Of a DNA stretch of 64,000 bases, positions 48,286 to 60,700 are shown piece after piece. The DNA is from Camelus dromedarius (lineage: Eukaryota): positions 2,356,001 through 2,420,000 of the forward strand of contig NC_087438.1 of assembly GCF_036321535.1 (NCBI RefSeq), read 5' to 3'. Below the pieces are notes generated by a model that saw only the letters and a program-made list of their open reading frames with translations, was not told the DNA's origin and ran no database searches. Position 1 is the stretch's first letter. Each line of letters begins with the position of its first letter. Both the position numbers and the translations under genes were made by a program.

Positions 48286-51200
48286 GAGTGCTGTGAAGAT
48301 CTGCTGAAACGCCCCCAATGGCAGCCCTGTCCCCACGGGGACACTGTCACTGGGGGTGCGCCACGCAGGCCACTGTGTTCAGTGAGTGAGGGTGACCCGC
48401 ACACCCACCATCTCTCGCCTCACAGGAAACGCACGCTTGGCTGGGGACCAGCGGGTCTGTAACCACAGAGGCCGGGCTTAGGACTGAACTCAACGTCTTG
48501 GTCGGCCACCTCTTCTTGACCTAAACAACCTGGACTGGCCCTAGGTAGTGCCCTCGTGTGTGAGCACCAGAAGCAGGGGGCAGGAGGCCTCTCATCAAGG
48601 AAGGGCTTAACTCCCGGCTCAGAAAAACTGCAGTAGCCATTGGTGGGTTCGCTCGCCCACACCTGGATTCTCTCATTCCCTGAAGACCTTTGTGTGCAGG
48701 AGGGACTGTCCCGGCTCCAGCCCTGAGCCAGGATGGACATTCTCCTGTTCTGGCCCTCGTCCCGTCCTCTACCTCCTTGGGGCATCACTGCCCACTGTGG
48801 ATGCAGGCTGCGATGGGTTCACCCTCCACTCCCTCGAGTCACCTCCAGGATGCCCGCTCACTGGGACCATGGCTCTGGGTCCCCTCCTGGGGTGATGCCG
48901 CACCCATGCCCTGACGATCCTTATCCTGAGTAGGTGACCCTGGCGCGTGTGTCTCTCGGGCTGCCGAGTGAGAGGGAGCCCTCTCACTGCAGGTGGCATC
49001 CTCTCTCGCGTGGGGCTTAGCTGGCTGTCCCGGGGCCCTGCTGGGAACAGGGAGCCAACCTCACACACAGCCGGACCTTGTGAGAGGTTGGCCGTACTTG
49101 CCTGGGAGTTGCGACCTGACTTCCAGTAGCCCCGGGCTCACCTTGACTTAGAACCCGCTCGGTGTCTTGAAGCAATGGAAAAAGAGTGCGTCCTTCCCTG
49201 GACCACCAGTCACCGGGAGGAGGGCAGGGCATGGGGCCGACCTCAGAAGCAGGGTCAGTCAGCCTGGCGGGAAATCACACTCTGGCTCGGGGTCCTGATT
49301 TATTTGTCCTTTATCACAGCCAGAGATCAACGGTTGCTCTTGCTTCCAAAAATTTCCCTTCATTTATAAATGTATGCCATCAGCACTCATTAAGCAGTGA
49401 GTAGGGGTCTGCTGCTGGTTAGCATCTGGGGCTACGAAGATGAAGAAACCCAACCTCCCTCCCCGGGAGTGGAGGCTGCATCTTCGCACCCTCCCAGCCC
49501 AGACCCAGCGCTGCGCTCCCACGTGCCAGCAGGGACCCACTCAACATTCACCGAATTCAGCGGCTCGGTTTCCCAATAACTGAGATGCTGGCTCCATTTC
49601 TGCAGTCCCTGGGAAGGGTGTCCCGTACTGCAAACTGCGAGATCCACGGGAATGCTCAGAATGAAGGAAAGAGTCCACTGGGGGACGGTTTCAGTGGCCA
49701 CAGATGCGGGCAAGCAGGTTGGGAAGAGGAGCCACACACGTCACATAACCAGCTGTAGGGACTGGGCTTTTGGGAGCAGGTTTCCCCCGGGAGACCGCCG
49801 CTCCCAGACGTCTGAGCGGTTCCACCGTGAGCAGCACGTGACTCACTCGTGCTGGTTCACCTGGGGTCGCGTGTGTCCGTGGGACCAACCGCAACCGTGA
49901 GGGATGTTAAAGGAAAGAGAAGCAGAGAACCAAGTTCCTGATTTTGAATTTTTTTTATGTAAACACTTTTTAATTACCTTTATATCGAATGCCCTGTAAA
50001 TAATTCAGCAGGCTTCACCACGTTATGCAAATGTTAACCAGAATGACTGTTTTCAGCAGAATATGACTGAAGTGTCATAACAGCACGGCATTGCTAATTT
50101 CAGCTTGTTTTTATGCCGATGATCAATTTACAAGGCACAGAATCTGTAGTTCATTCACTCACGTATCCATCCACCAGCGCTGAACAGTACTGAGCAGCCC
50201 TCTCCTCTGCATCAGGTCCTGGACCGGGTCTGGTCGGGGTAAGATCTCGTTAACAACAGACACTGGCATTGGACGGCACACTCAGACAAATTCACGCGCA
50301 CACGTGCACACAGGCACACGCAGTGGACACAGCCTGTGAGCACAGGCTCACACGCATGCACGCATGCATCATGCACACACACACACGTATGCACACACAC
50401 ACACACAATGCACACGGTCACATGTACGGGCACTCATGCTCACATCCTCTGCACTTTGTGGATGGTACTCAGTCCTCCGTGCACAGGCGCTGAGGTCCGG
50501 GGAAGGTGCTTCGATAATCAGACATAGACAACTGCAAGCTAGTCCTTTGCCGTATCAAGGATGTCCAAGGATTCAGGGATGGGCCACATCATGGGGCCAC
50601 CTGCTGCCACCTTAGCTGTGCATTTATGGTTTCTTAGTAAAGAGAGGCGGCGGTTTCCAAAAAAGCAAACTATTTGGTCTAATCAGGTTAATTGAAATGT
50701 CAGCATCACGGGCACGCGTGGACACTCAGGTCTGTTCTGCCGGGCTGTGAACCTCCTCTGTCTGCTCTCCGGGCGAGGCTGGCACTAATGAGCTGCATGT
50801 CATGGGCACTCGGGCGGCTCTCCGCCTCCATCTACATGCCTCGCTCTGCGGTGAGCTCCGCGGTGACTCAGCCCTCCTTCCCCCGAGCTTCCCCTGCGAT
50901 ATGCCTGCGGCCCCGGTCTGCTCGTTTCTGGCCCCGGGGCTGCTGGTGCAGAGGGGCGTCTCCTGGGTCCCCTCCGCGAGCTGGGAACGATTTGTTTTCT
51001 TATTCAGCTGACCGGCCTGGCTGCTGGAGCTGCATGTGAAATCCGCCGCGGCTGATTATTGGAGCACTAAAGATCTCTTTTGGTGCTGCCGTTTATCCCC
51101 CGCTTTCATATTTGTAACCCTTTTTGCTTCCTGATATCCCCTGTGTCTGACAGCACGTCCTCACCTCTGACACCGGGAAGTCAGTCAATAAACCCGGAGC

Positions 51201-53239
51201 CCTTTGATCCGTGGGATTATGGGATTGCTTTTTATGCAAAGGAAAACCTCAGGATAAGCAAATACGGACGGGAAAAGCCCCTCCGGAGCAGGGGAGTTTG
51301 AAGACGAAGAAGAAACAATTTCAGAGCATTTGCAATGCAAACCCGGCTGGACAGCTGAGCCTTATTTCTCAGCGGTGAGAAGGAAGATGGGACCCAGACT
51401 AGAGGGGGCGTTTCTGCCCTGTAGTTCAGGACACCTGCAGCTTCCTTCTGGTGATGCGCAGCCGGCGTGCGGCGTCGAGCTCACCTGTCCTCAGAGACGC
51501 AGGGCGGCCAGCATCCCTGCACACTCGGAAGCAGGAAGCAGGAGTGCCAGCCAAGCTGCGGCCGCTGGGAAGACAGAGTTTTCCCAGCTCAGACTCTCAC
51601 CGCCCACCTGAGGGACGGAAGTGCCACCTGACTGGCTGTGCTTTTCCGTCTGTGGTCCTTCGCCACCAACCCTGCACGAGAACTCCGACCTCTTCAGACG
51701 GGGGCGGACTTTTCCGCATCGTGATTCTCAGCATGACCAGCTCTGCCCCAGGGGCTACATAGTCCACCTCCTGCCGGGGGCGCTGTCGCTCTCAGAGCGG
51801 GGCGTCGGGGTGGGCGTCCTGATAACTCGCACTTTAGATCTAGGACCTTCCTTTCCTGTGGTTTCTGTTGTCTGTTGGGAAACCCTCTTGGCCATTGTTT
51901 GAATTGATGGGAGGGTTCAGAAAATGGAAAACACCAGCGTAGACTTTCTCCTCCGTCCGCCGCGTGCAGCCTCTGCCCTGACGCTGCAGAGACGCCCACG
52001 CCCTTAGTTCCCTCGGACCAGGGGTTCTGCCAGCAGATCTGGCTCCGTTTGCATTTGCGTGTTTCCTTATTAGAATCATTTGAAAATTATTTTTTGACAG
52101 AAAAAAAATCAAACTTTAATATATATTTTAAATGATTTCATAGTAATTGCCAAGATATGTACTTTAAGAGAACATACTTTTCTCTGTATTGATGTCTATT
52201 CATTATATATAAAAATGTTTCATTTTAAAATTCTACATCTTTCATGAGAATTGTATTAACTTTGCATTTGACTTTGAACATCACAGATAGACACGTTACA
52301 TAATAGTATCTGTAACATACATAAATTAATATTAATTTATTTGAAGTAGGTTTGCCTTGTGAATGCAGCTTTATTACAAGAAGCTTTGAAACATGACATG
52401 AGTGATTCATAACGACTGGCTTAGTTATACTGAATTGACATAAATTAAGTGAATTTTCCAATGACTATCAAAAGGAGCTCACTCTTAAGGAAAAAAAAAA
52501 AAAAAGATGGAACACCACTCATTTGAAGCATCATTTGAAAGCAGCCAGTCTAGTTCCTTATGCAAGCTGCTAAACAATATCATCAGACAAACACGTGTCA
52601 TTTCCGGTGACGCACTTAAATACACATTCAGAAAACACCTTTGTTAGACTGTAACCATGCCGAAAGGAAACCAGAAACTAAGAGTGTGCGGCAGAATCCT
52701 CTTTTCTAGCCGGCTTTAACTACAACGTGTCCTTCCCTCTCCCTGTCAAGCCATCAAACGCTGGAGCAGGCACCCTCAGATCAGATCCTCCGTGTTGGGA
52801 GGCATTTGATTTCAAAGACATTGAGAAACCTCAAACCTTCAGAAGCGAATGATGGAGAGGGAGCTTCCAACGGCCATTTCTTAGCATCATTTTCAGAGGC
52901 AGGAGTTCTGTGAAGATCCTCTTGATGCTTTGAAAAAGATACCATCAGACAAAGAAGTTGCAGCCACTGAGGATGACCTGGGAAGGCGCCTCACCCCAGG
53001 GTCATCTGCGGGTTGGACCCCCGAGGACGACTGGCCCGGGAGCCCTGGGCACCAGCCCTGAGCTCCTCCCGGCACCGTCCCCAGGGCCGTGGCTTTATGA
53101 GAATGAAACACCACAGGGCTAGGAACTTGCTAATGTTCCCCGAGTCTCACTGTCTTCGATTTGTAAGATGAAGAGATTCTAACAATGGTGGTTTCAGTTT
53201 AAAACTCCTGGGGCGGATGCTGTAAGATCCATCTCCGCT

Positions 53240-53392
53240 GGAAAAGCACAGAGAGACTAGCTGACGACAGACGTGGGGAGACGGATGGACCGGAAAACAG
53301 TGAAGACGATAACAGTTGCCCGTCCACGTTCCTAAATACAGACACAGAAGTTACAGAGGATTAGTATTCAGCTTCAATACTAGAACCCCAAA

Positions 53393-53438
<46 letters not shown>

Positions 53439-53900
53439 AGGAGGGTTTGTTAAAGCTGTTGCCAATTGTAAAGTGGAAAAATAAATAAACCATAAGGAGA
53501 AAGAGAGCCTGAGGTTTCACACCATCAAAAAATTGTAAATTTTTCTCTTTGTCAAAAATCTGTAAAATTTAAAAGGCACATGTCGAATCAGGAAATACCA
53601 CAAGTGAAGTTAAACATTTTTTAACATATACAGCTCATAAAATCAATAAGAATGGTGCCCGAAAAACTAAGAAGGCTGCGGATACTCAATTTACAAAAGA
53701 AGACGTGCGAAGAGCTAAGGCACGCGTGCAAACTCTTTAGTCTTACCAGTCGTCAAAACACAAACGCACGTGTAAGTAACAGCGGAACGCCGTGGGCTGC
53801 CTACCACGCTGGGGAAAATTCACATTTTTAAATATTCAGGATATTGAAAAAAGGGAATTCTTACGCATGGATATGTGCCTGGGCAAATTAAGAAAAAAAT
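53240..53900 (+). mobile_element. Ancient L1M ORF2 C-terminal fragment containing (GT)21 at 53395-53437
   Basis: CAATTTACAAAAGAAGACGTGCGAAGAGCTAAGGCAC resembles the L1 QFTKEDIQMANKH region. Microsatellite read directly. Confidence 0.6.
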
Positions 53901-54384
53901 GGAAGACAATGGTGATGTCAGTGACAAGCACGTGGCTTTGTAAGTGCTGCTTCTAGTACGTTTTCCTAAATAAACAGCCAGACTTACACATGAGCCCCGG
54001 GTACAGCCCAGTTACACCGAGTGCCGTGAAACGACTGGAGGCGGGCTTTGCCTTTAATGACAGAGGGCCCCGTCGTGGGACGTTCGCACTGGCTCCTCGC
54101 TCTGCCAGAAACGTGCTTCCCTCGAATACACGTGGGGGCTCCTTCCCAGGCCTCACCCGGGTCTGTGCTCAAACCTCACCTCCCTGGAGACCGACATCCC
54201 CACCCGCCTGCTTGAAATGGCCTCCCCCTGCCTCCCCCGCAGTCACACTGTCACCACCTGACTTCTGTGCCCTTGGTCATCAGCCTTTGCAACAAAAGGC
54301 GAGCTCCACCGGAGCTGCACCTGGTCCCTCCCTCTCCCCCGCACCGAGACCTGCACTCTGTGGGCACTGGATGATGCTGAGCTG

Positions 54385-54530
54385 GGCCAGAGCTGTTTCA
54401 GTGCGTTCTCCCGGCATCCTGAGATGTGTCCAAGTTTCACGTTACTACACTGGACTTATGAGAAAATGGAGGCTCAGAGGTGTAGCAGACAAAGGCAACA
54501 CTGCATGCTATGCCCTGGCAGAACCCAGAG
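54385..54530 (-). mobile_element. MIR SINE
   Basis: TTATGAGAAAATGGAGGCTCAGAG matches the antisense MIR core. Confidence 0.65.
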
Positions 54531-54729
54531 GAGGACCTGTCCTGTGATTCCGAGTCAGGGAAAGAAAGGGCACCTGGGCATCTTTAAAGGGCTTTCTCTG
54601 TATCGGGGGGGGGGGGCTGGGAGAAGAGCAGGATTGAAGGCTTCAAAGCGGGAGCACCATGATGGGGGCATTTTAGGAGGATTAACCTGGTAGGCATATG
54701 AAAGATGAGGACGAGTGGAAAAGGTCAGA

Positions 54730-54830
54730 ATTAAAAAATAAAATAATAAAATAAATAATAAAAATAATGATAAAAATAAAAATAAGTCAAATTTTAAAAA
54801 TAAAAAAATAGGGTCAAAATAAAGCAAAGG
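54730..54830. repeat. A/T-rich low-complexity tract (AAAT/AAT-based)
   Basis: Read directly from the sequence. Confidence 0.9.
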
Positions 54831-55625
54831 CCATTTTTCTTCATCTGTCAATTCTCTGAGTTGCCTCAACCACTCAAAATTGTTTATTGACTTTTATCTA
54901 GATGTCATAGGATTTGTCGATTGAGCCAAATATCTGAATACTTTCAGATACGTGAATAGGTGACGAGATGCTGAAAAAACAGCCACATACAGGAGAGTTT
55001 TGACATCGCCAGCCACAGTCAGTGGCTACGATTTTGTCTCCCTGGTGTCACCACATGGCTCTTATTATGTGGTTGCCAGCTGGTGAACTTCCTGACTAGA
55101 GCTACATAATGCTGTATTCTTTTTAGATTTCTGTTATTTTAGGATAAATTGATGTATCCTTAGTAAAAGCAAAGTGGGGCTGGTGACGAGGGGAGGTGTG
55201 TTAGGAAAGCGGGTCACGTGCTTTCGGTTACGCGCGCGGCCACGCTGGTAACTGGGGGACGGCGGGACCCGCAGGAAGACCCTTTCATGGCTTGAAAACT
55301 ACTGGAAATGGACACAGAGGCGTTTGGTTCTTCTCCGGCTTTTTCCTGCACTGCCTCTCTTCTGTTTGGATGCATTTATCCATGCTTACCCTTCTCCTAC
55401 TCCTCCTTTCTGCATTCTGTTGAGTCCAGAGAAGGACGATCTGACTGAGAGGCTGCACTCAGACAGCGTCCATCAAATAGCTGAAAGGTCTGACACGTAA
55501 TCGCGTGGCTGGTTCTTATCCTGTGACATGAAACCACCAGCCTGGCCGAGTTACTTCGTTTTTTTTGTTTGTTTGTTTGTTTCAAACTCAGCCATTGTCT
55601 ACACCTCCACACGTCAAGGTGCTGA

Positions 55626-55800
55626 GTGGTATAGCTCAGAGGGTAGATCTGGGGTCAAGGGCACAAAGTCGAGCGTCAACATTTGGTTTTGTCACTTGGG
55701 TGAGTTAAGCTGCCAAAGCCCAAATGCCCCCTCTGAAGTGGGGCCGTAGTGCTGCTCTCTGCTTAGAGTTGCTGTGAAGACGGTGCTGGGTGCTGTGCAC
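55626..55800 (+). mobile_element. Diverged MIR SINE
   Basis: Head GTGGTATAG...TCTGGGGTCAAG, then TCACTTGGGTGAGTTAAGC and GAGTTGCTGTGAAGA in MIR order. Confidence 0.5.
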
Positions 55801-56404
55801 GGAATAGCCTTTGCCGGGACACAGCACAGACCTGACAACCGCACCCCCACCCCCGCATAGGCTGCCTTGGGCCGGCCTCTCCCCCCTGGGGCAGATCTGC
55901 CCTCCCGTACCACTGGCTGGGGGCAGGCTGCCTGCTGCAATTCGCATCATCTCTGGGACATCCTCTTGCGTGTTCCCTGGACTCCAGTGCGTTACACTTT
56001 TCATTAGGTGATTCCCCTGGAAACGACTGCCCCAGCAAGCTCCCCTCCTCGCAGTCAGGAAGGCCGCCCCACAGGACACGCCTTTGAGGGCGGGTCACTG
56101 TGTGTCGTCGCCGGCGGTAACTATGTCCCTGCGTCTGCCCTGGGATGAGCAAACGTCTTCAAGCGTAATAACCTGATCCTTTTTATCCCCACCCTTTTAG
56201 TTCCAAAGTCAAAGCAATAGTGTGAAATAGTGAAGATTTCCTTTTATTTGAAAAGGTGAAAACTTTGCAAAACTCCCGAGAAAACGCACTCTACCTCTCT
56301 ACACAAACAAGAATGTAAGTAGAAGATGTAAGTAAGAAAAAGCCTTGCTCTTAAAGAGTTTAAAACCTGGTAGAGATGCCACTGCAATGCAGGGAATTGC
56401 CGTG

Positions 56405-56600
56405 AAAACGGCACGACTTGCCTTGGAGCTGGACGACTCCGGCTCCTGCCCGTGTTACGCGGCCGCTGGGCTTCACGGAGTCCTGGGTTCCAGGCTGTGC
56501 AAGGGGCATGTCGAACTGAATTATGGGCAAATCCTCACAGAGTGTCTGGGAGGACCCAGATGCTCCACGCGTGGAAGCCGGGACAGTTACTACCCTCTTG
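56405..56600 (+). mobile_element. Diverged MIR SINE
   Basis: GCCTTGGAGCTGGAC, TTCCAGGCTGTGCAAGGGG and CCTCACAGAGTGTCTGGGAGGA occur in MIR order. Confidence 0.5.
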
Positions 56601-57047
56601 TTGATTGACTTCTTCCTAAAGGAGGCCGCCATAAGCACCGGCTGTAGTCTGGGTTTTAGGTCAGCTGTTGCTCACCTCTCTCCAATCATGGTCTTTTCCC
56701 GAATGATGGAAGGGCAGGGAGGAGAAAAGATGGAGAAAAACAACTGGGAGAGAAAAGGACGACAGGTGTGTCCCACGTAGGGACAGAAGAGGGGTGTTGG
56801 AAGAGGGAGGGTGAGGCGGAAGAAGCCGGGGACCCCCGAGAGGAGACATGGAAAGGCTGGAGACGGCCTGGCGGTGAGGCCTAGAAAGGGCCCCCTCAGG
56901 GCTGCGGCCCCGGCAGCCAGCTCTGCCTCTGAGTCAGGTGCCCTGTCTACAGCCCATGTCCCAAGGGTGGTGCCCTCAGGGCCCCAGTCATGGGTGCTGC
57001 TTGGAACCAACTGTCCCGAAAAGCGAGGCTGGGAGGCTGTGTTTGGA

Positions 57048-57787
57048 CACACTTGGCCACGGTGCATGGTCCTTTCAGTGTGTTCCTGGGTTCAGTTTGC
57101 AAGTAGTCTGCTGAGGAGCTTCACGTCAGCGTTCATCGGTGACATCGGCCTGTGATGTCCTATCTTTTTGTGTGATATCATTGCCAGGTTTTGGTATCAG
57201 GATGATGGCGGCCTCATAGAATGAGTTTGGGGGTGCTCCTTCCTCTGCAATTTTTTGGAAGCGTTTCGAAAGGATAGGTGTTAACTCTTCTCTAAACGTT
57301 TGGTAAAGTTCGCCTGTGAAGCCATTCGGTCCTGGGCTTTTGTTTGTTGGGAGCCTGTAAATTAGTGTTTGGATTTCAGTCCTGGTCACTGGTCTGTTCG
57401 TAGCTTCGGTGTCTTCCTGGTTCAGTCTGGGGAGAGTGCCCCTTTCCAAGGACTTGTCCGTTCTCTCACGTTGTCCATTTTACTGGCAAGTTGTCCTTTT
57501 TACTGGCGGGCAGTTTCTGGCAGCGATCCTTCGTGTTTCTGTGGTGTCAGTTGTAACTTCTCTTTCTTCGTCTCTGATTTTATTGATCTGGGGCCTCTCT
57601 CTCTCTCTTTTTTTTTTTCCTGATGAGTCTGGCTAAAGGTTTATCAGTTTTGTTTACCTTTTCAAAGAACCAGCTTTTAGTTTCACTGAGCTTTTCTATT
57701 TTTCCCCTTTAGTCTCTATGTCGCGTATTTCTGCTCTGGCCTTTACGATTTCCTTCCTTCTACTGACTTTGGGATTTGTCTGACACA
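57048..57787 (-). mobile_element. Internal L1 ORF2 fragment (EN-RT linker and start of RT)
   Basis: Minus frame gives LPRLNQE...[28 protein letters not shown]...[15 protein letters not shown], an unambiguous L1 ORF2 segment. Confidence 0.95.
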
Positions 57788-60700
57788 TCTGAAATCCCTC
57801 CTGGCAGAGGGCAGGACAGGGAGCTTTCTGGAGAGCGTGTCTCGTGTTCTCTGGGACAGTGATGTTCCCTTGGGAGGAGAGGAGGGGAGGGAAGAGAGGT
57901 GATGCACTGATCCAGCCACCCAGCCATAAGGGTCTCTTTGCTTTTCCAGAGTGACAAAGTCCTCCTCATTGAAGATTTAAAATAAATGAACAAGTTATTA
58001 AAATGACAGGCACATAGTACAGAAATGCCCACAGAATGCTCTGTTTTCCTTCAAGAAGTTGGTCTTAGGTGTGAGTTTTATTTCGGCAGCTGCCCTTTGG
58101 TTTGCAGAAACTCGCTCTCGACAGTAGATGTCCCGACAGTAGTAAGAACAGGAAAGTTTCCCTTCAGGCAAAGGTTTTTAAGACTGAAGTCGCTCCTTAA
58201 CAGACCTTGACATCGCGGTGTTCTTCCCCTCCTCACCGTTAGATAAACACGCAAGGTGAATTTTTGTTTTGAAATTAAAGCCTTTTTTTTTCCTAACGGG
58301 CTGTAATTTGTACGTTACCAGGCACTTGTGTTTATGATCAGAAACGGAGGGGGCAGGCTGAAACCTTGCACCACAAAGCGTCTCTTTGGGGGAGACTCGT
58401 TGAGCCACCCACTCCCAGGGACAACAGGTAGCTCAGGACGGTGGCCGTGTTCACCTCAGCGAGTGGCTCTGCTTCCAGCCTTGGCTGCAAAACAGCCGCT
58501 AGAAATGACAATTAAAATAATTATAGAAGAGATAGGAAGGCATAATAAGAGAAAAAAAAATTTAAAGAAATTACTCAGGAAATATTAGCAGCCAACACTC
58601 TGGAAACATCCCAGCCTTCCTAATTGCACCTTAATACGTTCAAGGATGGCGTAATTGTTCAGACGAGCGTCCCCGTGCAGCTTCCACCCTCACGCGGGCG
58701 ACATTGTTCTTCACGGAAGCGAGGGGAGTGTGGCGATTATCACAGCACAAAGAAGGCGCTTTGTTCGAGTCGGGGGACGTGTCACGCCATGATTTCCACG
58801 CAGCCCTCCTGCGGGCTCTCCACACACTGCGGTCAGCCCCGCTCACCCGGGCCAGAGCACCTCAGGCCGCTCTGCAGCCTCCGTCAGGATGCGGAGGAAG
58901 CGTCTTTCTCTCACTTTCAGACACGCTTTGCAGGGCGCGAGGAGGGCGTTCCTTTCTCTCTCCTGCGACTCGGTGACTTCTTACTGAACCTGGTGCATTT
59001 TCTGCCGGGCTTTGGCGGCAGCGGGGGGTGGGCGGGGGGTGTGCGGTGGGGTCGGCCCTGTGCACAGGGCGGCAGCAGACCGCCTGGGCCACCCCCTCGG
59101 GATGGTCATCACAGATGGACACCCGGAGCCCGCGGCCGGGCTCTGAAGTCGGAGTCTGGGGGCAGAAGAGCTCTCGGTGGGAACCCTGTGCTCCGAGGCA
59201 TCCTGATGGCCCGTGTGCCCTCAGTGGGAGCGCAGGCCGCCACGCTGGCAGTCCCTGGTCCCCTGTCACTCTGGGAAAAGCTAAACACTCCCCAATGTGT
59301 TTAGAAATATTATAGCACAGACTATTTATAAATGACTAAACACAAAAGCACTTAAGCCTTCACTTCTCTGATGGAGGGTAAGCGCCTGGTGCCTGCCCGG
59401 ACTCTCAGGAAGCCCCAGGGCCGGCCTGCCCGCGGTTCCCCAACCCCACGGTGCTGGTTCCAGGGTCAGCGCGGGACGAGTGCCACCATGGGCGGCAGCA
59501 CCCACGCCACCTCTCAGCCTTCACCAGCTCGGACACAGTGGCTCTGGTCCCCCAGCTCCCAGAAGGGGCCGACAGGAGCTGGACTAGGAGTGGCTTTCAG
59601 GGTCCTGGGGACCCTTACAGTAGCTCTGACCTTAAATCAGTCACAAAAAGGCCAAAGGCATCACTCAAGCCCTTGGCCCCTGGGGTGGAGGTGGGATCAA
59701 GACCCATCAGTGGTGCGGGGTGTGCAGGCAGAGGGGGACCAGGAGGGAAGGGCATCGGTTCTCAAAGCCAAGGGGGGACGCGTTCTCAGTCCCCGCACTG
59801 CTGAGTGACCATTCATTGTCATTTCCTCTAATTTCACCCAGAGGCTTGAGCTCTCTCACCCACCCCAACACGCCCCTGCACAACTTTATTTCGTAATGAA
59901 CTGAGTCCCTCACTTAATTCATATCTGTGCATAGTTTAATTTTGAAGATGCATAATCTTGAGGAAGCTCTTTTTCTTTTACTGAAAGCGGTTATGTTCCC
60001 TGAAGCACCACGGCGCCCGTCACTTGGAGATGCCCACAGAAAAGCGGGCACATTCCGCTTTTGTTTGTCTGACGGTGCAGAAGGAGCCCGCGGGGTGAGG
60101 TGCCTGGGATCCCCAGACGTGGCTCGGCAGCAGCCTGCCTGTGCCGTCACGCTCGGGGGCCCGGCCGGGACGGGTCTGTCCCGGTGACCCGGTTCTGGAG
60201 TGGGCGTCCGGCCCGCGAGCAGCCTGAGGTGTCTGCAGATGCCACAGCAGCCGGCCCCGTGGGCCCGGGGAAGTTGCGCTGAGACTTGACACTGTGTTTC
60301 CTCCATTTTCTCTCTCTCCCTCCTGCTTCTGTCCGCAGCTTGGGCCTGTCCTACAGCCAGTCAGGGAAGAATTCCTGTTCATCCTGGTGTATCTGTGCTT
60401 CGGAAGCTGGGAGGTTGGGGGAGGCCCTGGGTGCTCGTGGGCAGCTCTGCCCTGCAGCCCAGCTTCCAGGCGGCCCGAGGCCCTGGAGGAGGGTGCGGAA
60501 GAGGACTCAGAATTCAGTGCTCGGAGAGGACAACAGCTTATTTTCCTGATGAGACAGGGCTCAGGGGCCAGGTGGTGCCCACAAGTCCCCAGGTGACATC
60601 ACTGGCGACCTGTCTCGGGAAGAGCGGGGCTCGCTCTGGGGAAGGTGCGTGGAAACGGGCGGCCTTGCTGGGAGGGGCGGGGGCTGTCCGGACCCAGGGC

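Noticed and set aside
52897-53061. Possible terminal coding exon (RQEFCEDPLDALKKIPSDKEVAATEDDLGRR...*) after TTTTCAG
   Set aside because: The peptide is unrecognised, there is no supporting upstream exon chain, and the acceptor is short. Not distinguishable from chance.
55620-55650. GGTATAGCTCAGAGGGTAGA resembling another vic-1 head
   Set aside because: Similarity stops after about 20 nt. The downstream sequence fits a diverged MIR.
56345-56638. Protein-like ORFs on both strands (87 and 92 aa)
   Set aside because: The underlying DNA aligns in order to MIR motifs, there is no convincing splice context, and the peptides are unrecognised.
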